35,112 nucleotides of DNA from an uncultured Methanosarcinales archaeon (GTDB lineage: Archaea > Nanobdellota > Nanobdellia > Woesearchaeales > CAZZGN01), in contig CAZZGN010000002.1 in assembly GCA_964654165.1 (NCBI GenBank), positions 1 through 35,112 of the forward strand. Direction: 5' to 3'. Numbering within the stretch: position 1 is the stretch's first letter; each line of letters opens with the position of its first letter. The position numbers and the translations under genes are program-made. Shown here piece by piece: positions 15,553 through 24,762 of this stretch. A model generated the notes under the pieces. The model saw only the letters and a list, made by a program, of their open reading frames with translations, was not told the origin of the DNA and did no database searches.

Positions 15553-16680
15553 ATGGTAGACTTTAACAATATGGACAATCTTTTACAACATTATTATGGT
15601 GGGTTTGGTGTAAAAAAAGATGCACCAGTTCTTACTACAACAACAGGCGTTTATAACCCAGTGTTTGGAGCTTTCGCATTTAATCAGATAAATATGGAAG
15701 CAAATGCATTTGCGTTATTGCCTAAATATCCATGGCCGCATTCAGGATTTAGAGCTATCACAGCAGATCCTTCAAGTTCAGATTATGGAGCAGTAGCAGA
15801 AAACGGAAATATTCCTGCAACTATTAAGCCAACATTTGCAGAAATTACAGTGACCACAAAGCAAGTAGTTCATTCTTTTGATGTTTCATACATCCAAGAG
15901 GGTAAAGTGAATAAGTCAGCTGATGATGCAATTGGAGATATGGAATTCTTAAGAGGTTACTTTGCAACATTCCACGGAAAGGATATTAACCGTCAGATTT
16001 TGATTGATGGAGATACTCTTGCAACAAACAAATTTGAAAGTATTGATAGGGTAACCGCATCAAGTGCTTATGCAACAGCAGTTGGATGGACAGCAGGAGA
16101 TGAAGATATCTATGGAATCGACAGAAGTGGAGCAGCATGGGCAGATGCTTATGTAAACCATAATTCTGGAGTTGACAGATTCTTAACTGATGAGATCATC
16201 AGGACAAGTTTTTCAAATCTTGAAACAAATGGTGCTGCAACTAATTTAATGTTGACAGGAAATGACACTAAATGGAAGATCTTTGGTATTTACGAAAACC
16301 AAGTAAGATATCAAGGAGTTCTCCAAAAGAATGTTGGTTTTACTATTGGTATTAACGGTGTTGAAACTGATGGTGGAATGGGAGCAGGTGTTCGAGTAGC
16401 AACTGTTTACGGTACACCTTTGTTCAGCACTCAGAGTGCAGCGCAAGATACAATTTCAAGAATTTATATGCTTGACACAACTGAAGAAGCAGGAAGTGGA
16501 CGGCCAAGACTTGGAATCTCACTTATGTATCCGACACTTTACTTTGAAAGCGGAATGAGTGCAGCAAATCCTAATCCGTTTGCGATTGGAAGATTTGGAA
16601 CTGAAGGAGTTTATTATACAGCAGGAGAATTGGTGTGTACTTTTTTAGCAGCACAAGGATCTATAAGAGATCTTAAGTAG
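15553..16680 (+). CDS. major capsid protein (HK97-fold inferred)
   Basis: 375 aa with a strong GGAGGA RBS, immediately after the prohead protease. It is Gly/Ala-rich and codon usage suggests high expression. The call rests on position and size. Confidence 0.72.
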   Translation: MVDFNNMDNLLQHYYGGFGVKKDAPVLTTTTGVYNPVFGAFAFNQINMEANAFALLPKYPWPHSGFRAITADPSSSDYGAVAENGNIPATIKPTFAEITVTTKQVVHSFDVSYIQEGKVNKSADDAIGDMEFLRGYFATFHGKDINRQILIDGDTLATNKFESIDRVTASSAYATAVGWTAGDEDIYGIDRSGAAWADAYVNHNSGVDRFLTDEIIRTSFSNLETNGAATNLMLTGNDTKWKIFGIYENQVRYQGVLQKNVGFTIGINGVETDGGMGAGVRVATVYGTPLFSTQSAAQDTISRIYMLDTTEEAGSGRPRLGISLMYPTLYFESGMSAANPNPFAIGRFGTEGVYYTAGELVCTFLAAQGSIRDLK

Positions 16681-16692
16681 GAGGAGATCAGA

Positions 16693-17613
16693 ATGGGAGG
16701 ACAAGGATTAACAGGACCAAACCCTGCAGCACCACCTTATAATGCTGGCCCTTATTTTTGGGATCAACAAGTTACATTTTCGCAGGGTGTATCAGGAGTA
16801 AATACTAACAAAGATGTATGGTATGTTGATAGTGCAGGTTCTTCAGGTGAAGGAAGATCTTGGGATGATGCATTTGATACAATTGCAGCAGCACTTACTG
16901 CAGCAGGCGATGGAGATTATATCTTTATTGCACCAGGAGATTATGAGATTAGTGCGGCATTAGCAGTTACTAATGATAATCTCACAATAGTAGGACCAAA
17001 CAAAAGTTGCAATGATTACAGAGCGCTTATTTATTCTGATGGTGCAATGGATCTTATGACTGTTGATGCTAACCAAGTTAGCATTATAGGATTAGGATTT
17101 AGTGCAGCAGGAGGAAACGGAAACGGTATTGCTATTGCAGGAACAACAGCATCTTATAAGTTATATGTTGCAAATTGCAGATTTGATGGATGGGGTAATG
17201 ATGGATATGGGATCTTATGTGATGATACCCAAGATCAGCCAGATCTTGTTGTTGAAGATTGTTTGTTTAGAAGCTGGGCAACTGGTAGTATATACCACAA
17301 TGCAACAAGAGCAGTTTATCGAAGAAATATTATTCAGGTTGATGCAGCAGCTATTGGGATAAATTGTATTCCTACAGCTGGAAATAGGCCAGATTCATGG
17401 ATTTATGACAACCTAATATTGGGAAGCAATTCTACAGATATAGGAATACAGATTGCAGCTACAGAACCAACAGATGGAACACTTGCAGTATTTAATAATA
17501 CAATAGCAAATTGTAATTTGAATATTACACAGGACAAATCTGATGCAGGAGTTGTCAACAACGGTACTTACGGAGATGGAGCAACATTCTTCCAAGTAGA
17601 TCCTAACGCATAA
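16693..17613 (+). CDS. right-handed parallel beta-helix (pectate-lyase-like) protein
   Basis: 306 aa with a GGAGGA RBS 6 nt after the capsid stop. YVDSAGSSGEGRSWDDAFDTIAAALTAAGDGDYIFIAPGDY matches the usual N-terminal cap of beta-helix proteins. Repetitive N/G/I-rich rungs follow. Confidence 0.6.
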   Translation: MGGQGLTGPNPAAPPYNAGPYFWDQQVTFSQGVSGVNTNKDVWYVDSAGSSGEGRSWDDAFDTIAAALTAAGDGDYIFIAPGDYEISAALAVTNDNLTIVGPNKSCNDYRALIYSDGAMDLMTVDANQVSIIGLGFSAAGGNGNGIAIAGTTASYKLYVANCRFDGWGNDGYGILCDDTQDQPDLVVEDCLFRSWATGSIYHNATRAVYRRNIIQVDAAAIGINCIPTAGNRPDSWIYDNLILGSNSTDIGIQIAATEPTDGTLAVFNNTIANCNLNITQDKSDAGVVNNGTYGDGATFFQVDPNA

Positions 17614-17621
17614 ACAGGTGG

Positions 17622-17747
17622 ATGAAGATGAAAACTAAAAAATCTATTCATGAAAGAGATGCTGAACGTATGGCAGAGTTAGCAAAAACAGAGCATGCTA
17701 ATAAAGGCAAGTCTGGGAAAAAGAAAGCTAAGAAATCTGAAAAATAA
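17622..17747 (+). CDS. small basic protein (41 aa)
   Basis: Hand-translated MKMKTKKSIHERDAERMAELAKTEHANKGKSGKKKAKKSEK. It ends at a T-rich tract. Confidence 0.3.
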   Translation: MKMKTKKSIHERDAERMAELAKTEHANKGKSGKKKAKKSEK

Positions 17748-17763
17748 TTTTTTTATTTTTTTT
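17748..17763 (+). terminator. oligo-T tract (TTTTTTTATTTTTTTT)
   Basis: A T7-A-T8 run lies directly after the stop at 17747. It separates the capsid operon from the next unit. Confidence 0.5.
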
Positions 17764-17804
17764 AAATAATTTTTTAATATAAGATATTGGAGATGAGAAC
17801 TAAA

Positions 17805-18461
17805 ATGGGTAAATTCGTATGTATAACACAAACATTGCAGACAAATCAGTACATTGGACCTTCTGGGACAAAATATATGAGTATTAGAGGAAAACCTTTT
17901 GAGGTAACTAATAAGATAGATCTTAAATGGATCACTACAAAAACAAGAGTTAATCGTTTCAAGAAATGGAATATTTTTATGAAAGAAAAACAAGAATCTG
18001 ATGTTGATGTAGTTCTTTATGATAAGATGAAAAAGATTGGTCTTGATGATAAGGATGCAGAGATTGTTCGAGATATTTATATGCAGGAAAAGAATGTTAT
18101 TGATGCTGTTGAGCATAATTATAAATTGGACATTTCTATTTCAGAACCGGGTAGGCTTAAGATTAAGGCTTGGGTTAGTGAAGAGACAGATCCTCCTAAG
18201 CAACCAGATAAACCTGAACCAGAAACTGATGAAGAAAAGAATAAAAGGCTTCTTGAAGAAAATAAAGTTTTGAAAGAAGAAGGAATGTTATCTGATGAAC
18301 CTTTTGAAGAAACTCTTCCAGGGCATCAGGAAAATAATAAAGAAATATCTAATCAAGAAGTAAAGGTTGTAGGAAATCAGACAATACATAATACAGATCT
18401 TACTGGGGATAAGTATGTTCCAACTGAACCAGATAAAGATTTTATTGATTCAAAAAAATAA
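17805..18461 (+). CDS. hypothetical protein with acidic Pro/Glu-rich C-terminal half
   Basis: I prefer ATG 17805 (ATTGGAGATGA RBS 12 nt upstream) over the track start 17787. 218 aa with no recognisable motif. Confidence 0.5.
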   Translation: MGKFVCITQTLQTNQYIGPSGTKYMSIRGKPFEVTNKIDLKWITTKTRVNRFKKWNIFMKEKQESDVDVVLYDKMKKIGLDDKDAEIVRDIYMQEKNVIDAVEHNYKLDISISEPGRLKIKAWVSEETDPPKQPDKPEPETDEEKNKRLLEENKVLKEEGMLSDEPFEETLPGHQENNKEISNQEVKVVGNQTIHNTDLTGDKYVPTEPDKDFIDSKK

Positions 18462-18478
18462 GCAGGAGTTGAAAATTA

Positions 18479-18625
18479 ATGACAGCAGGAGATATAGAAG
18501 TTTTAGGACCTTTTGAACTTTCAGAAATTGATGCAGGACTAACAGGAAGTGTAGTTGTTGCAGATCTTATTGTTCCTTTAAGGCATGGAAGACAATGGGC
18601 TTTTGTCGTAGTTAAGGCAGCATAA
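18479..18625 (+). CDS. small hypothetical protein (48 aa)
   Basis: Hand-translated MTAGDIEVLGPFELSEIDAGLTGSVVVADLIVPLRHGRQWAFVVVKAA. An AGGAG RBS lies about 12 nt upstream. Confidence 0.35.
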   Translation: MTAGDIEVLGPFELSEIDAGLTGSVVVADLIVPLRHGRQWAFVVVKAA

Positions 18626-18637
18626 AAACAGGTTAAG

Positions 18638-21600
18638 ATGAAGTTAACAAAAATATTTTTTTTAATTTTATGTACAATTTTATTCTCACAAATAGTTAGT
18701 GCTGTTTATCCTTTTATTCCTACAGGAGATATTGATGGTGTAGGAATTCGTGGAATAAGAAATATGACTACAATTAATTCTTCTGAAGGTTTTTATGATG
18801 ATGGAGTTTTATTGACTCCAGGAAACTTGTCTTGGAACCAAGCTGTTGCAGATTCTTTATATATTGCCTTAATTGAAGAAGGAAATATTAATGGAAATAG
18901 TTCAGTTTATTGGTATACTGTGAAAGGTCCGATTAATAATTTTAAGAGCAGATGGTTCTTTCGTGATGGAAATTATCTTGATTATGATGAATCAAGACTT
19001 AATGATACAATTGATTTAAGAGCTTCAGGAAACACTTCTTTTAATCAATCAACTACAAACAAACTTTATGCAACACATGATGCAGTTAGAAATAATTTTA
19101 CAGAAGCAGAAGCTTATACTAATCTTACAAATGAGACTAACACAAATTACACTAATGCATTGAATAAAACTACTGCAGACAGAATTTCTTCTATAACTCC
19201 CACGAATTTAACTGAAGAAGATGTGGATGTATTTAACAATAATTTGGGTTACAAAAAAGAAGCTTATAACACTTCCACTCAGATTGATGGTGTTGTTGAA
19301 GGTCTTGGTTTCAGAAAGAATGCTTACAATGAGTCAGATCTTAATGCAACACAATTAAAAGAAGATAATGGAAAACTTACAATAATTGTTTCATGGTTAA
19401 GAAGTTTATTTTATACTAAAACAGAAGTTGATACAAGGATTGTAGATAACATAACTGAGTCAGAAGCGTATACAATGACTTTGATTAATGAGAATTTTAC
19501 TGTTGCTGTTAATACTGCAGAGGCTTATACTAATCTTACAAATATTTCTAATACAGATTATACTAATTGGCTTAATACCACTCAACAACTTTATATTGAT
19601 GCCAAAGATGTTGCTTTTAATCTTTCAATGAAATCTTATGTTGACTATCTAAATCAAAGCATGAATGATTGGGTTAGTTCAGTTTATCTTGCAGGAGTCA
19701 CAATTCATACTTTAATTACAGATAATCGTACTGAGTCAGAAGCTTATATTATGAATTTAATGAAAATTAACCAAACAATTACTGATGGAAATATCACTCG
19801 TGTTGAAAACCAAGTTGATGATATGATTAACCGTTCAGGAGATATTTTCAATGCTAAAGATACGCAATATAATTTTTCATTCTTAAACGAATCTCTTCCA
19901 ATTGGACTCAATAATGCAGTCTTGAAATTCAGAACTAATGAATCATTGTCAACTATGGTCTTATCAGTCGGAAATGATGGAGATTCACAGATTAATATAT
20001 TCTCTGCTGGAACAAATGCGACCAGAGGTGTAGCAGGTTCATCAGTCGATAATGCCACAGGTATATCCGCAGTAAACGCAGATTTAAGGTTTATAGTGCA
20101 AGAAGTTAATAGAAGCTTCATATTTCAACAATGGAATGGTACAGAATTAGTAGATAGTATGATAATTCAAGAAGATGGTACTGTTTTATTAAATAGTGAT
20201 TTATTTTTTGAAGATAGAAATAAAACTATTAGAACTGTTCCAGTAGATGGCGGTGCAGCAATGTTATTTCAATCTGAAGAAATTTTAGAAGCAGGAGGAT
20301 TCCCTTTCATTTGGGTTGCAAGAAGTTCAGACGGTGATCAAATTGTGCCATCTTGGTTACAGAATGGAAATAATAATTCTTATAGTGGAAATATGAACTC
20401 ATTTGGTACAGTACCTCAAACATGGGTAACTTTCTCTGGTATGGGAGATGAGGGAGGTATTGACTTTTTATTTAATGTTAGTAATTATTTAAACTATTGT
20501 GATTGGTTACAAACAAATTTAAGTTTAATACCTGATGGATGTCAATATGCTGCAGATACAACTGGTAGAGGAGTTCCTTTATTATTTGGTGGAGATTTAG
20601 AAGTTCATAGAACTGCAACAATTCATGAATTACTCAGATTATTTGATGGTATCTTAGCTACGGGTGATGCAGATTTTGTAATGGAAGGTAACCAGTTTGA
20701 TGTTTTTAATGGATCAGTACATGTTTCTACTCCTGTTATTTATGAGGCAGGATTTAGTGAGGGTGATGCTCTTACAAAACTATCTGGAACTTTCCCAGGA
20801 ATACTTTCTCCTTTTGCAAATCAACAATCAGATTTTGGTGATTGGGTAACTACTTCAAGCGGTTTTTGTGAAGATAGTCCTTGTGCAGCTGCTAATGGTG
20901 GTGGTTCTGGAGTTGTTGAGATGATGGCTAATTTTAACACTATTGATTCAGAAAATTGTACGCTTAATTTCACTTACAGTAATGATGATCTTAGAGATGC
21001 TCCTGAAGAAATAGTTGTTACAATGAATAATGGTAATGCAAGTGGCGAAATTGAAGTTTATAGTGATGCTACTAAAGATGTAATATTACAAGATGTTTCT
21101 ATTATTTTAGATAATGGTTTTGCTGATTTGTCAAGTGTAAATCTAAGTTATACTTGTTATTCATCTAAGGATAACCGTTTGTGTTATGTTGATAGTGTGA
21201 ATGTTCAATGTTTTGCTACAACTACAACTTTGAGTAATCAGTCAGGATTTGATTCTAATTACTGTACCAGTGATGGAGGCCTTGATGTTAATGATCAGTG
21301 TAATACAGGTATCGTTTATGATGCTGCTACAGATACACATTTAATGAAGGGTACTTGGAATGTTACCGGAACTGTTGTTGGTGGGGTTACAGGAACAGGA
21401 ACTTCTAACACTGTTTCGAAATGGACTGGTACAACTTCTCAAGGTAACTCTAATATTTTGGATGATGGTTCGTTGGTGACTATTAATTCTGATACAACTA
21501 TTGTGGGGGATCTTGTGGATTATATTAAAAATGCTTTTAATAAGAGTAGTGAAGTGGATATTTCCCAAACTTCAGGATATCTTAGTAATTCTGCAGGATG

Positions 21601-22036
21601 GATTAATAGATCAAGTGATACTTATATCACAAAGAATGTTTTGATTGGAAAATCAACTGCTGAGAACTTTCCTTTTTTTGTGACAAACAGTTCAAGACCT
21701 CAGTATGTTTTTGAATCTACAAGTACAAATGATGTATGTATTTTGTTAAGACCTAATGGTGGTTTTTCAGATCAGAAATGGATGTGTGTTGATGATGATC
21801 AAAATAATAGGATGATGTTTGGGTATGGAAGTGTTACAGGTGCACAGAGAACTTTTGATTATACTGAAGATGAAGTTAATTTTAATAGTCATGATCTTGT
21901 TGAGACTGGCAATATTAATATGACTTCTGGAAAAAAGATTTGTTTGGATGGAAATTCTTGTAATTCTCAACAATATTATAATGGGACTTGTCTTATACAA
22001 AATGTTTCTGGTACAGTGGTATCAATTTGTCCATAG
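18638..22036 (+). CDS. large secreted, sequon-rich repeat protein (adhesin or fibre-like)
   Basis: 1132 aa. It has a Sec-type signal peptide, MKLTKIFFLILCTILFSQIVSA|VY. I counted about 50 N-x-S/T sequons by eye. The motif TE(A/S)EAY..L.N recurs, and the C-terminal third is Cys-rich. Confidence 0.7.
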   Translation: MKLTKIFFLILCTILFSQIVSAVYPFIPTGDIDGVGIRGIRNMTTINSSEGFYDDGVLLTPGNLSWNQAVADSLYIALIEEGNINGNSSVYWYTVKGPINNFKSRWFFRDGNYLDYDESRLNDTIDLRASGNTSFNQSTTNKLYATHDAVRNNFTEAEAYTNLTNETNTNYTNALNKTTADRISSITPTNLTEEDVDVFNNNLGYKKEAYNTSTQIDGVVEGLGFRKNAYNESDLNATQLKEDNGKLTIIVSWLRSLFYTKTEVDTRIVDNITESEAYTMTLINENFTVAVNTAEAYTNLTNISNTDYTNWLNTTQQLYIDAKDVAFNLSMKSYVDYLNQSMNDWVSSVYLAGVTIHTLITDNRTESEAYIMNLMKINQTITDGNITRVENQVDDMINRSGDIFNAKDTQYNFSFLNESLPIGLNNAVLKFRTNESLSTMVLSVGNDGDSQINIFSAGTNATRGVAGSSVDNATGISAVNADLRFIVQEVNRSFIFQQWNGTELVDSMIIQEDGTVLLNSDLFFEDRNKTIRTVPVDGGAAMLFQSEEILEAGGFPFIWVARSSDGDQIVPSWLQNGNNNSYSGNMNSFGTVPQTWVTFSGMGDEGGIDFLFNVSNYLNYCDWLQTNLSLIPDGCQYAADTTGRGVPLLFGGDLEVHRTATIHELLRLFDGILATGDADFVMEGNQFDVFNGSVHVSTPVIYEAGFSEGDALTKLSGTFPGILSPFANQQSDFGDWVTTSSGFCEDSPCAAANGGGSGVVEMMANFNTIDSENCTLNFTYSNDDLRDAPEEIVVTMNNGNASGEIEVYSDATKDVILQDVSIILDNGFADLSSVNLSYTCYSSKDNRLCYVDSVNVQCFATTTTLSNQSGFDSNYCTSDGGLDVNDQCNTGIVYDAATDTHLMKGTWNVTGTVVGGVTGTGTSNTVSKWTGTTSQGNSNILDDGSLVTINSDTTIVGDLVDYIKNAFNKSSEVDISQTSGYLSNSAGWINRSSDTYITKNVLIGKSTAENFPFFVTNSSRPQYVFESTSTNDVCILLRPNGGFSDQKWMCVDDDQNNRMMFGYGSVTGAQRTFDYTEDEVNFNSHDLVETGNINMTSGKKICLDGNSCNSQQYYNGTCLIQNVSGTVVSICP
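19112..19543 (+). repeat. intragenic direct repeat (exact 21-mer GCTTATACTAATCTTACAAAT twice)
   Basis: The copies lie at 19112-19132 and 19523-19543, which is 411 nt or 137 codons apart. Both encode AYTNLTN. Degenerate further copies lie near 19457 and 19733. Confidence 0.8.
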
Positions 22037-22044
22037 GTGAAATA

Positions 22045-24762
22045 ATGAAATGGCAACAAGTAGCAATAATTCTTGTAACCTTACTAATCAGTGGGGGTGT
22101 TGTTACTTATACAGATCTTTTTGGAGCATTATTTCAATTATCAGGAATGGATTATAGTTTTACTGGAGATCAATCTTGCGGTACTGAATGTGAAAGTTAT
22201 ATTAATGTAACTTCTTCTTACTGGCGTGTTTGTTTTGAACATTCAAAAGATACTCAAAATATTTATATCCCTGGAAAAGTTGTTCTTAATAAGACAACGA
22301 TTGCAGAAGCACCAAACACGGTGTTGTTTAAGAAAAGTACTCGTGGAAGAACTCTATGGGTCAATATGAATAATGTAAATAATGTTGTGACAACAGAACC
22401 AGAAGTTGATGTTGACTGGCTTGTTCCAACAGTTAAAAGATATAGTACAAATAAAGATTCTATTGGTTACTGGAGACCTCTTAAAGATGGCGATTGTTGG
22501 GAACGCGGGGAGATCAATAAAATAAAACTTATAGGTCACAAACCAGAAGGATTAACAGTTAAATGGAGTTTTTTAATGGAAGACAAAATTGATATTGATC
22601 CAGTATGGACAGGAACAAATCTTTATAATAACATTGTATTTTATGCACCTCTTGATGGGGTATATAAAGATTATTATGGTCTTGGATATCCTACTGTTTT
22701 AAATTCTGTTTTCAATAAATCAGTTCTTTATGAAGGATCATATTTTAATCAAGATGGAAGTTTAGAATATACAGATACAGGACCAATGAATACTCAAGAT
22801 GATGTTTCCATTAAGGCTTGGATTAATCTTGCAGAAAGGCAAGCTACTAATATGGGTATTGCAGGAAAAATATCAAGTTCACCATCATACTCTTATGGTA
22901 TGTTAAAAGATTCAGGTCATGATATTAGATGTAGGTGGACAACTGGTGCAGGAAATCAGAATTGTATTGCACCTGGAACATCAGAACCAGTAGTTGGTAA
23001 TTGGGAGATGTGGGTATGTGTTTTTAATGAAACATCTAATTTAGTTATGATTTACAAGAATGGGATACAAGTAAAAAATTGTTCAACAGCGACAAGAACT
23101 ATCACTGGGGGAAATTTCTTTATTGGTTCCATGGATACATCAAACAGGTTTAATGGTACTATTGATGAAGTATATGTGTTTAATGTTTCATTGTCTAAAG
23201 AAGAAATTGGAGATTTATATTATAGAACTTTGAATGGTTCAAGTTTTGGAAAAGATTTAACTTATTATATGAATAATTCTGGGAATGATGCAAATACTGG
23301 ATTGACTCCAGATGCACCATTAAAATCTCAGGGAGAAGTTAATAATCGTCGTTACGTTCAAGGATATAATATTGTATATAATCGTGGTGATGAATGGAGA
23401 TTAACAACTGATGATTATTTTGATCCTCAAGATGGAGATAACTATACTAATACAACTTATGGAGTTTATGGTACTGGACCTAAACCCGTCTTTTATGGAA
23501 GTTATGAAGCAAATGGTGCAGGAAACTGGACTCTGACAGGAGATGCTAACATATACAAATATGTAGGTACCTTAACTACTGATGCAGGAAATATAATATT
23601 TAATAATCAACCAGGACTTAATGGTAGAAAAAACAATACTTTTGCAGGTCTTGATACGAATCTTGATTTCTGGTATAACTCAACTGGAAACAATGTGAAA
23701 TTATATTATGATGTTGGTAATCCTGGAAATGTGTTTGATGATATTGAAATTGCTGTTGAGGTAGGGATATTTTTTGCACTTGATAAAAAGTATATCAAAA
23801 TAAGTAATCATAGTTATAAATATAGTGGTCAACATGGTATAAATTTTGCAGAATCAAGTCCGCATTATGTATATGATTGTAATTTCTTTTATATTGGTGG
23901 TGCTTACCAAACAGGAGATACAAGGTATGGTAATTGTTATCAGAGTCTTAGAACTGTTGATAGAGTTCATGTAAAAGGAAATAATGCTTCTTGGTGTTAT
24001 GATGCAGGATTTAGTCCTCAAAGTCCAAGTGCTCCAGGAGACCATAATATTACAAATGTGTTATATGAATATAATATTGCAGATCATTGTATTTATGGAA
24101 TTGAATATTTTAGTTCAAGTGCTGGAAGTATAACTGAAAATATTACTTTTGCACATAATACTCTTGTTGATAGTGTTCAGGTTTTTGGATGGAGTCATAG
24201 ATTAGGTCAAGCAATAAGGGCTTCTGCAAGTCCTTTACTTACTTCAAATTTTGTAATTAGAGATAACATATTTGATAATTCAACTAATTGGACTGTGGGT
24301 GTAGGTTATAATGCTGATTGGAATGGAGAACCACCATTATTATTAAACAATTTTTGGAGCAGAAATCCTGTTACTACTGTGTTTTATAATTATACTAAAT
24401 ATTCAGATCTTACAGCATTTAGGGTAGATTATCCAGATCAAACTATTGATAGTATTGAACAAGATATAAATTTTGTTAATAGAAACTTGTATGATTATAG
24501 GCCAGTAAATAGTAGTTCTGCTTGTGTTAATGGGAGTGATGGAAAAACTATTGGTGCTTTACCTTGTGCAAGTTCTTCATGTACTTATCCTGGAAGTGGG
24601 GATCATACTTATTTTGGATTAGATCATTGTGTTATTCCAAGTGTTGTGGATCATTTAAAGAATAATGTTTTTGTTGTTGGTCCTGGAAGTTTAACAGGAT
24701 GGAAATTTATAATGAATTATACTTATGCAAACATAAATAATCAAGTGAAGGTGACAAGCTAA
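22045..24762 (+). CDS. membrane-anchored LamG (concanavalin-like) plus beta-helix domain protein
   Basis: I prefer ATG 22045 over the track start 21988. The N-terminal hydrophobic anchor is MKWQQVAIILVTLLISGGVV. The LamG signature is ...WEMWVCVFN...IYKNG...FFIGS...FNGTIDEVYVFNVSLSKEEIGDLY. A beta-helix-like C-terminal half follows NNSGNDANTGLTPDAPLKS. Confidence 0.68.
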   Translation: MKWQQVAIILVTLLISGGVVTYTDLFGALFQLSGMDYSFTGDQSCGTECESYINVTSSYWRVCFEHSKDTQNIYIPGKVVLNKTTIAEAPNTVLFKKSTRGRTLWVNMNNVNNVVTTEPEVDVDWLVPTVKRYSTNKDSIGYWRPLKDGDCWERGEINKIKLIGHKPEGLTVKWSFLMEDKIDIDPVWTGTNLYNNIVFYAPLDGVYKDYYGLGYPTVLNSVFNKSVLYEGSYFNQDGSLEYTDTGPMNTQDDVSIKAWINLAERQATNMGIAGKISSSPSYSYGMLKDSGHDIRCRWTTGAGNQNCIAPGTSEPVVGNWEMWVCVFNETSNLVMIYKNGIQVKNCSTATRTITGGNFFIGSMDTSNRFNGTIDEVYVFNVSLSKEEIGDLYYRTLNGSSFGKDLTYYMNNSGNDANTGLTPDAPLKSQGEVNNRRYVQGYNIVYNRGDEWRLTTDDYFDPQDGDNYTNTTYGVYGTGPKPVFYGSYEANGAGNWTLTGDANIYKYVGTLTTDAGNIIFNNQPGLNGRKNNTFAGLDTNLDFWYNSTGNNVKLYYDVGNPGNVFDDIEIAVEVGIFFALDKKYIKISNHSYKYSGQHGINFAESSPHYVYDCNFFYIGGAYQTGDTRYGNCYQSLRTVDRVHVKGNNASWCYDAGFSPQSPSAPGDHNITNVLYEYNIADHCIYGIEYFSSSAGSITENITFAHNTLVDSVQVFGWSHRLGQAIRASASPLLTSNFVIRDNIFDNSTNWTVGVGYNADWNGEPPLLLNNFWSRNPVTTVFYNYTKYSDLTAFRVDYPDQTIDSIEQDINFVNRNLYDYRPVNSSSACVNGSDGKTIGALPCASSSCTYPGSGDHTYFGLDHCVIPSVVDHLKNNVFVVGPGSLTGWKFIMNYTYANINNQVKVTS

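Noticed and set aside
16693-17613. The higher G+C (~43% in sampled lines) of the beta-helix gene, considered as evidence of recent horizontal acquisition.
   Set aside because: The adjacent major capsid gene is similarly G+C-rich, about 48% in a sampled line. The shift tracks Gly/Ala-rich structural protein composition rather than foreign origin.
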